A stretch of DNA of 64,000 nt from Eledone cirrhosa (Eukaryota): positions 111,228,001-111,292,000 of the forward strand of contig OZ024743.1 of assembly GCA_964016885.1 (NCBI GenBank). Reading direction: 5' to 3'. A program made the translations under genes and the position numbers. The notes under the pieces are model-generated. The model was not told the origin of the DNA. It saw only the letters and a list, made by a program, of their open reading frames with translations, and ran no database searches. Positions 1-12,164 of this stretch are shown piece by piece; position 1 is the first letter of the stretch, and each line of letters begins with the position of its first letter.

Positions 1-533
1 AGCAAGTAAAATGCCGGATTTTATTGGATGTTATTTGTCATAAATACTTCGTAAATGGATATTTCAAATTCTGTACCATTTACGTTTTAGGAAACTGAAT
101 GCAGACTAATTAGTTACGGCTTCCGGGAAAATATAATTTTAACGTTGATTACAAATAAAAATGTATAAACATTTGAGGTATAGTTCTCTCATTATTAATA
201 CAAGTCTGCCAGACACAAGGGAAAAATAGTAAACCCATATAAATGCAATGAAGACAACAGCGTTTATTGGCGATGTTGGCTATTCTTGACTTTTACTTAT
301 GATATTCTAAAAAGAAAAATTATATATTTCTTTATTATTTTATATTCCTAGTTCCTAACCGTCATCAGGAATGTTTAACATATGAATGCATATGTGTGAC
401 AGAAACACACACACTCACATCTACACGCGCGCGTATATACAAGCACGCTCACATACAGATATATCTCTGTGGGTACATGCCTCTATGTTTGTGCAGTGAT
501 TGTATACGCACGCCAAAACACTCATATGATTTG

Positions 534-535
<2 letters not shown>

Positions 536-616
<81 letters not shown>

Positions 617-654
617 TGGAATTTAGAGAATTCTTTAATAACAGCTTCCTCCGC

Positions 655-741
<87 letters not shown>
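536..741. repeat. (TA)n microsatellites, representative of dozens of similar tracts across the window
   Basis: Direct dinucleotide runs. Confidence 0.97.
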
Positions 742-744
<3 letters not shown>

Positions 745-842
745 TTATTTATTAAAATAAAATATTAAAGTTTAAGCAAAGAATCGCTGCTTTCACCATT
801 AACGATATCTTAGGATTTTAGTCTTCACATTTATTTGTGTTA

Positions 843-878
<36 letters not shown>

Positions 879-1295
879 TTATATTATATTATATTTTATT
901 ATATTACATTATATTATATTATATTATATTATATTATGTTATATTATATTAAAATTAAATGAGAAAAAACTCTCATTCTGGGAGTATAAAGAAGATAGAC
1001 GAAAAAATATTTTCATTTAACTTCGTTTATATACGGATCTCCCTGCCATCGTTTCGTATGGGGAAGAATTATTATAGGAACCAATAATAATTGAAGAACC
1101 CACAGGGGATTGTAATTCTTTAAGTCTAAGAAAAATTGAACAAGATATAATACATACGGTTTCCAAAGCTGAAGCCGCTTGCTGATATAACACGCGTAGT
1201 GGTACTTTACCAATTGTCTTAAGATATTATGACTACATGACAGGCTTATAATGTCGCTGGAAATAGAAGCTTTAAGAGCATATTGTACAGCTAAA

Positions 1296-1430
<135 letters not shown>

Positions 1431-1699
1431 GACACGCACATATGTACAAATATACATAGATTTAATTAGTTTCAAGGGGCAATGAAGCGTCGACCGAATT
1501 GTACTATTTGTTCCTGCACTTTACATTCGGAGATGAAATTCTACCGCTGTCAAATTTAGTACTCCGAGGGTACATGAAAGCATATACTCGTGAAGTACAG
1601 GATACGATTCAAATCGACATTCGTAACACAACAGCTTTCGATTTGTGCTAAAGTTGAAATTCTTATTATTAATATTATAATCATTATTATCGCTCTACC

Positions 1700-2260
1700 A
1701 TGTAGTGCAGATGGATACTCCGCCGAGGTTTTTCGTCATCTGTGTAATCGAATTAAGAACCTCAAACATATAATACGTTCCTCAAAATATGCGCAGTACC
1801 AATCAGAGGTGCCTTTTCTATGACACCCAACCCGTACGGTATTTCCAGCCATTTTAAGAAGACTTGAACTTTCTATGGGATTGACTTTAATACACCAATC
1901 ACAACTGGTATCACTTTCACATTACCCACTTGCATTCCAAATAGACTTTCCCAGCTCCACTTTTACTTTAGAGTACTTAGTGTTTTTTTCATTCTCCTTA
2001 ATCAAAACAATCGTGTCATTTGGGATGACCACGGGGTTGATCTGACAGTATTTGTCTTTCTTATTCAAAACAACAATGTCCGGTTTGCGATGTTTAATTA
2101 TTGTATCAGTTTAGAAGTCATAATCCCAGAATATCTTTGCTTTCCCAACCTCATGCATTTTTTCACATAACATATTTTCTTATCACTTATCTATGTCTTC
2201 ATACTGGCATTTACGACACATAAGCCAATGAAGGTATAGAGACACACTGGTGTTGTATCT
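1700..2260 (-). mobile_element. Decayed 3' fragment of an RLE-type (R4/Dong-like) non-LTR retrotransposon, restriction-like endonuclease region
   Basis: Minus strand translates to ..VSLYLHWLMCRKC.. and KIFWDYDF*TDTIIKHRKPDIVV, the typical 'LWD..IQTD....RPDIV' RLE motif; contains stops and frameshifts; boundaries approximate. Confidence 0.7.
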
Positions 2261-2717
2261 GATGGTTTTGTTGTTGATGTTGTTGTTGTTATTGTTGTTG
2301 CTGTTTTTATCCTATTAATATTTTTTACAATATTTTTTTTTCTTGTTGCTGTGTTGCTAACTTCTAGGAAATAATATATACGCTGACCAATGAGAATTAT
2401 TTTTCTTCAAAAGTCAGACTAGCCGTTTGGAATTATATGAAAATTTGGCTGTTCTGTTCAGTGGAGGGAGAGGGCGGGATCCTGTATTTTTTAAAAGATT
2501 GCTGGGTGTGTGATAATTTAGAATATAAAATTAAATATTTTGGAAAAAGCCACTAATATAATGTAGTCTCAATTCACGAGTCTCACTCCTTTTATGGCAC
2601 AGGTATAAACAGTTATATCAAAACCAAAGGTTTAAACATGAGGAAATCATGGAACTGATGAGAGCGAATCCTATCCTAGACCCGCGCTTTTGCTGCTGCA
2701 AATTATTATCATTATTA

Positions 2718-3028
2718 ATCCTTAAGGGGTCGATAAAATAAAGTACCAGTAATGTACTGGTTAATTTCTGGCCTTGTGCCAAAAGTAGAAACAATTATGA
2801 GAGCAGTTGTTTAGCAGAAACAGTAGAGCATCAGATAATATGCTTTACAATATGGTCTTATGACCCTTTACTTTCTAAGTTCAAATCCTACTGAGGTTAG
2901 CTTTGACTTTCATCCTTCCGGCGTCGATAAAATAAGGCACCAGTAATGCACTGGGGTTGATTTAATCGCCCCCCCCCCCCAAACCGCCGAATTGCTGGAT
3001 TTCTGCTTATTGTAGAAATCATTATTAC
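2718..3028 (+). mobile_element. tRNA-derived SINE: 3' fragment followed by a diverged full copy
   Basis: Contains AGTTCAAATCC B box and the family core CTTTCATCCTTCCGGCGTCGATAAAATAAG.ACCAGTAATGCACTGG. Confidence 0.8.
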
Positions 3029-3316
3029 TAGAACGGTAGATTGGTATTTTGGGGAAGAGCGTCAGAAACCATGCTTTGAAAAAGTGCTTTGCTACACATC
3101 GTGAAGTGAAAGCAATAGCAAGAGTAGATCGAGGCGTTTTATTAGGACAACACGGAACAATTTATCTAGTTTCTTATTACAGAACAAGTTAATATTAATG
3201 TATTTCAATCTGATGATTCAGCACGAATGATAGTTTATATTATGAACTTTATAAGGTTTGTCGGATGATCAGTGTTTCGATGTAACTGTTGTATCAGCTT
3301 TAGAATTACGTATATA

Positions 3317-3412
<96 letters not shown>

Positions 3413-4359
3413 CGTGTATGTGTGTGTGTGTGTATGTGTGTACAAATATAAATATATACATTTGTTTATATATATCGGGGAGCGTTGCTGTTTGAAATAC
3501 CGTGTGTGTCTATGTGTGTGCCTGTGTGTGTGTTTGTGTATGAGCCTGCGTCCATAGGTATTTAAAGAACAAGGAAAATCACTGAAAGGAGTTTTTTTTA
3601 GCTTGGAAGTGTTATTTGAGTACATAGTCTAATGATCACCGAAGTCAACATAACATCCATTAATCACTCAGTTACGAGGTATATGATATGATGTTCGACA
3701 TTTATGAAAGTCTTTCACGAAAATATACAAAGTCTATTTAATCCACCACTTTTATTTGCCTTCAAATAAGAAAAGAAATAAAGGCTACGATTATATTACA
3801 GAAATTGAATTTGGATGTAGAAGAATGGTGTATAATAAAGAAGAGAGACTAAATAATAAAGCAAATATATATTCAATAAATATATATGATAAACAATACA
3901 TCATATAAACTACAACCCTCATCTCCTAAAATATTCCAATGGAACAGTTTGAAAAGATTATAGCACTAAATGCCGTGCGCCAATGGCAATAAGTCTGTCA
4001 TTTAAATGAAAATTAAACAATGATTAGAGGAACACACGCAATCTGTATTGATTCTCCCGATGTTCACTTGAAAGGGAGCAAGTTTTCAGACACGTATTCC
4101 TCCTGCTTGGCTGTGTACCAAACTATTCAAGACATAAATCAGAAACAAATATTCTTCTTGCTGAAATACCCTAAACATGATTTATTTGTTCCGTATTGAT
4201 ATCATAAGAGTGACTAAAGCGAAGAATAAATGCACCACGGTCGTGGTGGGAATCTGAAGAAAAACAGTCATTTGTCATAATTGGAAGTAGTTTACAGAGT
4301 GTTATGTTGAATGATTTAAAATTAAAACAGAAAATGAAGTATAATAAATAAAGTTTAAC

Positions 4360-4412
<53 letters not shown>

Positions 4413-4465
4413 GTCTATGTATATACATAGACATATATATATATGCGTTTGTGGGTGTGTGTATG

Positions 4466-4628
<163 letters not shown>

Positions 4629-6026
4629 TACAAAGGTAGAATCGTAAACTAAATGTAATAGAAAATGAAATAGATAGCATTGTGGACGCGTCTAAAAGTT
4701 ATCATTTTTAAGTGTTCGTTTTTCATTGATAACTAACAATAGGCTATTATATGGAACTAAAAGTCCAGAAAATGACAGGAAATGTAGTCGTTTAAGTTCA
4801 ATTAATATGAATTATTATGTACATTATAATGATAAAACATTGTTGAGAGTTACGCCATCGTTGTAGCTATAATATGTAGATATCCGTTACGAACGAAGTA
4901 GAATAATTCAACAGTTCCCATTAATGTGGTTATTCTGAAAATTTTATTGAAGTAGAGTTTGTATTTTCAGTAATCTTATAACACTTTCCTTGAGCACTTT
5001 AATTTCTAGACATTTATGTCTTTTTGACGTCATGAAATTTTAGAATCGAAACTATGGCTAGTTCAGATTATTAGATAGTTCGGTAATAAAAAAAAATGGT
5101 TCTCCGTCGATTTAAATGAATTTCATTAAATCATAATGTTTATGGATGAATATGCGACTGACACTTGTAAATTTGAATAAAGACTCAGGCTGGAAAAGCG
5201 TGTTATATTGTGCAATAAAATAAAATTCTCATCCGATGGGCTTCAACATTTTCGGTCATCTCAACTTCACGCAGAAGGAGGGAAAATAACAGATAATAGC
5301 AAAAAAAGGATGTTTCCGAGAGGCCAAGCTGTTTGATCGATACGTTAACATTCAGAGTACGAATTTAATTTTGATTACTCGAAGACATATATGACATTAT
5401 AATAGAACTAATGCACGAACATAATAGAACAAAAGGACATAGATGCGATTCTATACACATACAGACACATACGCACACAAACACACATATCTATATATGT
5501 GTGGGGGGGGGGTATATATATAGACATATATATATGTGTGTGTTGGGAGTATGTATCTGAGTGTAGATATGATGGCTGGGAAGCATTTAAAATGCATGAG
5601 GATGAAGACTGAGAAATTGTAGTAGTGATTTGAAACCTGAATTTAAGATGTTAGAAAACCTCTTTTCACAATCGAATAGAAAAATTACTAGCGAAAGTAG
5701 AAGACCAACGTTTTATGCGATAGAATTAAAGACGTTGGCTACAATTCTAATCTCAGTATGTTGGAATGTACATTGGGATTTAGAATGAATGGCAATATAT
5801 AAGGGGAGTGGAAATCCGTGGAAAAATTGAAAGCGTAAATCCCTATACTAAATCACTTTAAAGATTAATCTTTACTTCGACCGTCTTAAGTTCACCTCAT
5901 TTACTCTGTCTTTGCATTTGATATTTTTCTCACTCTCTCTCTCTCTCCCTTTTTCACTCTTTTTTTAGAGCTTATATATATATATATATATATATATGCA
6001 TACGTATATTTACGTGTGTGTGCGTA

Positions 6027-6058
<32 letters not shown>

Positions 6059-6103
6059 TTATTTATTTATAGTTAATTCCACAACAATTACAAACCAATA
6101 CTT

Positions 6104-6140
6104 GAGGACACGTGCTTCACCTAAATAGGATTTTCAACCC
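6104..6140 (-). ncRNA. Degenerate minimal type-I hammerhead ribozyme (U3-A8 core)
   Basis: Minus strand: ggg UUGAAAA u ccu-auuu-agg u GAAG cacgug UC cuc; palindromic stem III CACGUG; GAAA is mutated to GAAG. Confidence 0.45.
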
Positions 6141-6753
6141 GTATACTGAGAACGGAGTATGTTATAATCATGAACTTCGTCAGTTATAATGGATTTAGAA
6201 ATCCCCTTCGGAAAGTATTATCTCCACATAGTAGTAGCACATCAGTGTTACTATTTGATAAAAGATTGTTGCGTGAAGAAGTGTCAAGAAATCCAGGTAG
6301 AAAGAAGACAAAGTAGAGGAATACGTAAAAAGACCTGAGCAAAGGCTGTGTATGCTTACCTCATGCTTCCCCTAAATTCGCTAAAACTACACCTGATGTC
6401 CCCCTTCCATGCACATGCACATATGTGTATATCATGACTCATGCACTGTTCATTTTCCTGGCGTTTGTACATTACCTTATGTACTATACATACACTTTTG
6501 ATGAGTTGTAGTGCACCTGAGCAATGTACACAATATTTGTATTATTCATTATTATTCAAATGACGAAGATCTGCAACAGGTAATGCGATTCCCTTCTCAA
6601 TACAAGCATACCGAAGTATGGTGTGATATTGTTCCTAAATTAATTCCATATCGAACTTGCCATTTGGACTGAGTGTTCTACCAACTTTCGAGCTAAACTT
6701 TCTGATTTTCCACTATATATATATAATATATATACACGTACACACACACCCAT

Positions 6754-6842
<89 letters not shown>

Positions 6843-7172
6843 TATATATGTGCGTGTGAGTGTGTGTACGGCTGTAAGTAAGCATATGTGTGCATGTGTA
6901 TTTATTAGATTTTTCATACTATACCTGTAACATACAAATATTTCAAATGAGTAAGAAAAAAGTAAAAGCCACTTCAAATTTGACGGAGTCGTAGACACAC
7001 CAATTTGAAACAACGCGTCTCTTGTGTATTTTAAAACTGGTGGGTATTGCGTCTCTCCAGAACTTAGCACATACAATAGAGAGAAAGCGAGTGATATAGT
7101 ATGTGTGTGGAACAGAGGGAGAGGGGGAGAGAGAAAGAGAGAACGAGTGGCAGAGAGTGAGTGTTATATATA

Positions 7173-7213
<41 letters not shown>

Positions 7214-7214
7214 T

Positions 7215-7529
7215 ATTAGAAAATAGAAGCTTTCACCGTATTTTTTTACTAAAGAAATGTTAGCCTGATAGTGAGGTCTAGAACCCTCAGATAAATGGAA
7301 AAAGATGAGTATTGACGTACATGGGAGTCGAAGCCACATCTTTGGTTATCCAGACCACTGTGCTAGCATTACACCAACACATCACCCATCTTCTTACATT
7401 CAAACTGGAAGTTACATTCTTAGCAAGTATGATGAGAAGTAAGTATGTTTTGAAACAGCGAGCATGTTTGAAATTAGAAAATAGATGCTTTCACCGTATT
7501 TTTTTTACTAAAGAAATTTTAGCTTGATA
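7215..7529 (+). repeat. ~56-bp direct repeats (7215-7270, 7473-7529) flanking the tRNA-like unit
   Basis: ATTAGAAAATAGA(A/T)GCTTTCACCGTATTTTTTTACTAAAGAAAT.TTAGC.TGATA occurs twice. Confidence 0.85.
7313..7383 (-). pseudogene. tRNA-like cloverleaf (pseudo-tRNA or SINE head; GGA at the anticodon position, short variable loop)
   Basis: GATGTGT TG GTGT-AATGCTA-GCAC A GTGGT-CTGGATA-ACCAA AGAT GTGGC-TTCGACT-CCCAT GTACGTC A; several GU pairs and mismatches. Confidence 0.55.
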
Positions 7530-7536
7530 TATACTT

Positions 7537-7605
<69 letters not shown>

Positions 7606-8291
7606 TGTGAGCACCACCAAGGAATGAAATCAGAATTGTATGTGTCTGTGTATGTATGTATAAATATCTATTTGGAAAATGGTTGGAAGTTAATTTGAAA
7701 TAGATGTTCTGATAACGCAGAAAGTTTGATTCTACGAAACAGCATCTTAACCCTCCCACTTAAAAAAAATTGTCTTCTGTATTATGGAATAACTCAATCC
7801 ATATTACCATTTTAATATAATCACCACCTTTGAACAACGAATTATATAGAATCTTACACGTTGTTACAAATAACTCACTCAGAAACGTCTTTATTCCCTT
7901 CCTTATTGATATGTCTTAAGATCTGAATTATTGATTTTTCCTTCAAAAATATCTGCTATATATAAATGGAAACAGCAGTCGAAAATTTTCTAACATACAT
8001 TTTACGATTTACGAGAAATTGATGAAACCTGGTAGTAAATGCATTTACCCGGAGGATCGTTTCATTGTGTTTAGATATGTTTAAACAGTTCACCTTTTCA
8101 ACCTAACTGTGCTTCATCACCTTGTGAATAGAGAATAAACTTTCTTACCTCGTTCGGAATGTTGTAACAATGTGGAAAATTCGATATATAAATTTTTCTC
8201 ATGTGAATTCAGGCGTTAAAACTCCAAAAAACATTTTGTAAATCATTTTGTTTCTTTACGGCTACACAGTCACACAGACACGCGCCCGGGA

Positions 8292-8328
<37 letters not shown>

Positions 8329-8355
8329 GGGGTGTGTGTGTGTGTGTGTGTGTGC

Positions 8356-8393
<38 letters not shown>

Positions 8394-8405
8394 GTATATG
8401 TATTA

Positions 8406-8487
<82 letters not shown>

Positions 8488-8691
8488 GTATTAGTTATAC
8501 TATTTATGGTTATGTAAACACAAAACCTTAAGCAGTTGTAAGTATTTTACACACACCCTAAATAGTGGTAGGCAGTAATGTATTACTACCTTATTACCAG
8601 TAAGTTAAGTAGCTCAATGTAAAAACATCAGATGATTTACAGAGCAGTTATATGAAATATAAGAATCAAAGAACTGTTCAAAACATTATTG

Positions 8692-8738
8692 TGCTTACAG
8701 CTGTTTCCTCCAAACCGAGGTTTGGATTCTTCGGAGCA
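8692..8738 (-). ncRNA. Minimal type-I hammerhead ribozyme (copy of 15068-15114)
   Basis: Reverse complement of ugcu CCGAAGA a uccaaac-cucg-guuugga g GAAA cagcug UA agca. Confidence 0.65.
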
Positions 8739-8948
8739 ATTTATTAATGCATGGACAGTTATATGACCTCCTTTTCAGCCGAGAGACATACCAATACATA
8801 TTCAAACATTGATACATATTCAAACATTGTGGGTCAACATTCATGAATGTTGACCCACAATGTTTGAATATGTATCAATGTTTGAATATGTATTGGTATG
8901 TCTCTCGGCTGAAAAGGAGGTCATATAACTGTCCATGCATTAATAAAT

Positions 8949-8995
8949 TGCTCCGAAGAATCCAAACCTCGGTTTGGAGGAAACAGCTGTAAGCA
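8949..8995 (+). ncRNA. Minimal type-I hammerhead ribozyme (copy of 15068-15114)
   Basis: Same sequence as 15068-15114. Confidence 0.65.
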
Positions 8996-9054
8996 CAATA
9001 ATGTTTTGAACAGTTCTTTGATTCTTATATATTTCATATATATATATGTATATA

Positions 9055-10303
9055 TTTTCGGATCACACCAAATTCAGAATACTGATTGCGGATTTAGTAC
9101 GGGTGATGAGGAACGTGTCCCACACGTGCAACCCCAAAGAACTAGAGAGACACATGCAACACTTCATCCACCGTATGCAGTTCTCTGGTTACAATCAAAG
9201 AGATAAAATCAGAGTATATAGAGGAGCCAGAACCAATTGGGAAAAATGGTAAATAATGATACAAATGGGATCTGCCCCTTGTATAGGTGCACATTTTGGA
9301 ATAGAATAGAAAGAACTAGGAATAAGGTTAAAAGAATAAACTCATGGTATGTTAGCAATAACAACTAGAGTGTAATGTTCATCAATACAACCCCTAGAGG
9401 TGAACTAGCTTAACAAATTAGAAGGGCCCTAGATAAACTAGAGGAGAACTAGCTTACAAAATTAGAAGGGCCCTAGATAAGTATAAACTAAATATTAAGA
9501 TAGGGGAAAGACTAGGTACCTCCATAAAAACACTTATTAGTAATACATACACTTTTCAAAGCCCTCCCTGTATAGATAAGAAATGCATAATCTGTAAACT
9601 AAGCCCCCATATTAACTGCAAAACTAGAAACATAGTATATAGCATAAGATGTACTGAGGGACAATGTAAAGATAAGAATATAATGTACATAGGTGAGGCA
9701 GCTTCAAGATAGAAAGTAATCATCAGTACTCCACCAACATGTTAAAAGAGAACATAAGGGCAAATTAGAGAACATAGAAATAAAAATAAAATCTACACAC
9801 AAAAAAGACGCAATGTTTAGACAAATCACGAAGGCAATAAACATAAATGAACTGCAACCAAATTTCAATAGCAAACATGAATGGAATAGAAACATCACAA
9901 CTTACAATTAAGGAAAAAATGAAAACGAACACACATGCGTAGAACAAACAAACAAATAGTAACATGTAAATAAACAAATAAATAAACAAATACAAACTCA
10001 CACAGACACCCGGATGTAACACATGCGCAAACTAAGCACGCAGCACACTCAAAAACAAGATGACACAGGACAGACAAAGGAGAGGCACAAAACAAAGAAA
10101 AGAATCCCCGGTCACTGATGAGGTCACAAAATGTGTGACGAAAGAACTCTGACAATATTTGAAGAATCGTCCGGTTGTGGAACTAACCAACCAAACGGAA
10201 TTGATTAATTTTTAAAATTTACAATTTAATTTATAATAAATTGGAGTGAAAGCATGATGCGTGTGTTTCTTATTGACAACATGACCCTCCCAAAGAATAA
10301 CAA
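9055..10303 (+). mobile_element. Decayed 5'-truncated Penelope-like element (Neptune-like): RT thumb/linker, GIY-YIG endonuclease, 3' UTR with hammerhead
   Basis: ORF 9046-9252 (..LVRVMRNVS..HRMQFSGY..); at ~9590-9700 CIDKKCIICKLSPHINCKTRNIVYSIRCTEGQCKDKNIMYIGEA (Cys motif plus IVY..YIG); frameshifts; lies between (TA)n tracts. Confidence 0.8.
10111..10153 (+). ncRNA. Minimal type-I hammerhead ribozyme in the PLE 3' UTR
   Basis: guca CUGAUGA g gucac-aaaaugu-gugac GAAA gaac UC ugac; stem I GUCA/UGAC, stem II GUCAC/GUGAC. Confidence 0.65.
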
Positions 10304-10315
10304 TATATATATATA

Positions 10316-10468
<153 letters not shown>

Positions 10469-10479
10469 GTATATATATG

Positions 10480-10828
10480 AGCGGGGACATAGAATTAATC
10501 GGGTTGGTTAGCCGATCGCGTGCTTGACCCACTGAGAGTGAACGAACCCAAGATTTAGTCAGGGCATTCTCCTAGGAGAAGGCAACTCAGAAAACTGGGA
10601 TAACGCTGAAATACAACCTGCGGCTTAGTAGTTGCCGATGATGTTGATCTTTTCTTCTTTTCGAGTTATAGTTACTGTATCTCAGAGGGTGGGATTGGTT
10701 CAGTGCATAATCTTTCCTCACTTAAAAAATCTTCATGCACAGGCATTGCACGATATTATTAATTGATAATTATTAATAATGTTATATCGTGCAATGGCCA
10801 TACTCGATAACGAGTGGGCAGCCATCAT
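10480..10828 (+). mobile_element. 3' part of an ~530-bp non-coding interspersed repeat (family X)
   Basis: Collinear with 47820-48133 (..CTAGGAGAAGGCAACTCAG..GGGATTGG.TCAGTGCA..CCATACTCGATAA.GAG.GGGCAGCCATCAT). Confidence 0.8.
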
Positions 10829-10851
10829 ATATATATATGTATATAAGTCTA

Positions 10852-11115
10852 TAGTCTTCCCAAGCCCAGAGGCTCATCCGGCCGGTCCTCATCCCGGATA
10901 CACTGTCGTTAAGCGACTGAAGATACAATACTCTGACCCGGAAAAGACGTCCCCAGGGTTAAACTCCCAGCTATTGCTGATACTCATTTTCAGTTGAGTT
11001 TACTGGAAAAACATGTAATGAAGTATTTTGCTCAAGAACAGAACACACAATCCAGTCCAGTTATTGAAAGCAAACGTTATGGTCATCAGTCCAAAAACCT
11101 CTACGCAAGGCCACT
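10852..11115 (-). mobile_element. Second, older tRNA-derived SINE family copy
   Basis: Minus strand begins AGTGGCCTTGCGTAGAGG (A-box-like) and continues into a central TTCTTGAGCAAAATACTT..AACTCAACTGAAAATGAGTATC block resembling conserved SINE central domains. Confidence 0.5.
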
Positions 11116-11175
<60 letters not shown>

Positions 11176-11178
<3 letters not shown>

Positions 11179-11255
11179 CGAAGGAAATGTGGTAAAGAAC
11201 CAGGTGGACCATAACGCACCAAAGTACTCAATACTTAGGGTAGTAGAGTGGGTAA
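11176..11255. mobile_element. Solo arm of foldback MITE family Y
   Basis: TAACGAAGGAAATGTGG..CCATAACGCACC..GTAGAGTGGGTAAT matches the 55189 arm and the reverse complement of 32043-32124. Confidence 0.8.
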
Positions 11256-11257
11256 TG

Positions 11258-11290
<33 letters not shown>

Positions 11291-11299
<9 letters not shown>

Positions 11300-12161
11300 A
11301 AGAATCAAAGAACTGTTCAAAACATTATTGTGCTTACAGCTGTTTCCTCCAAACCGAGGTTTGGATTCTTCGGAGCAATTTATTAATGCATGGACAGTTA
11401 TATGACCTCCTTTTCAGCCGAGAGACATACCAACACATATTCAAACATTGATACATATTCAAACATTGTGGGTCAACATTCATTACAGAATTTAGAGTGG
11501 CAGTACACACTTCGAGATTACATTTATATTAATAGGTACAATCAAAAATCAAAGATATAGGTTAAAGTACAACATGAAGATAAGTGGTTATATAGTGCAA
11601 ATGTTATATGTGTGGCACGCATGTGCGTCTTGTTTATATAGTGTGGTAGAGAGATATGTGTGGTAGAGGCACTTAGGTAGGTAAATAAGAGTGTTAGGTT
11701 GGTAGATCTGGTGGCAAAATCTTTATATGATTGATATAGTCTGTGTGTGGAGAAATATTATAAGCATTAAAGATAGTGCAAGCATTAAAAGTGTTATAAG
11801 TATTGGAGATGCACAGCGCAGGGATGTCAAGTAATTCATGTACTTCGGCATTTTCATGGTCAAGGGAGTGTATATTTCGATTATATGCCTTTCACATAAT
11901 CCACGACAATCCAGTTAGAGATCGTAGTCTGGTGTTCTTTAGTTCGATACAGGAGGTTGTTACGTTTCGAGAAACGCCATTGAATACCGGAAGTGTGTGT
12001 GTGGCTAAGGGGAGTTAATGCATGCGGGGAGGTAACTCTGGGGTTTCTATATCTAGCCATTAAAATGTGTCCCAATATAGACCCTAAATTCTATGGTGAA
12101 GTGCACCTTCCAAGAGAGACTTTTAAAGCATAAAGTGTATTAACTATGGAGTAGTTTAACT
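11291..12161 (-). repeat. Inverted copy (inverted pseudo-LTR) of the young PLE 3' UTR, pairing with 14285-15154
   Basis: ~870 bp reverse complement with only a few substitutions/indels; mirrored ORFs 11881-12075(-) and 14371-14565(+) are identical. Confidence 0.95.
11331..11377 (-). ncRNA. Minimal type-I hammerhead ribozyme (copy of 15068-15114)
   Basis: Lies within the inverted arm. Confidence 0.65.
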
Positions 12162-12164
12162 GAT

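Larger units (their letters stand above)
8486..9040 (-). mobile_element. Short insertion of the 3' end of the young PLE, folded into a zero-spacer palindrome
   Basis: 8486-8843 is the near-identical reverse complement of ~14962-15320; 8844-9040 is its inverted partial copy, centre ..CATTCA|TGAATG..; flanked by (TA)n. Confidence 0.9.

Noticed and set aside
3210-3240. CTGATGA-TTC..GAA-TGATA hammerhead-like string
   Set aside because: No GAAA and no convincing stems I or III
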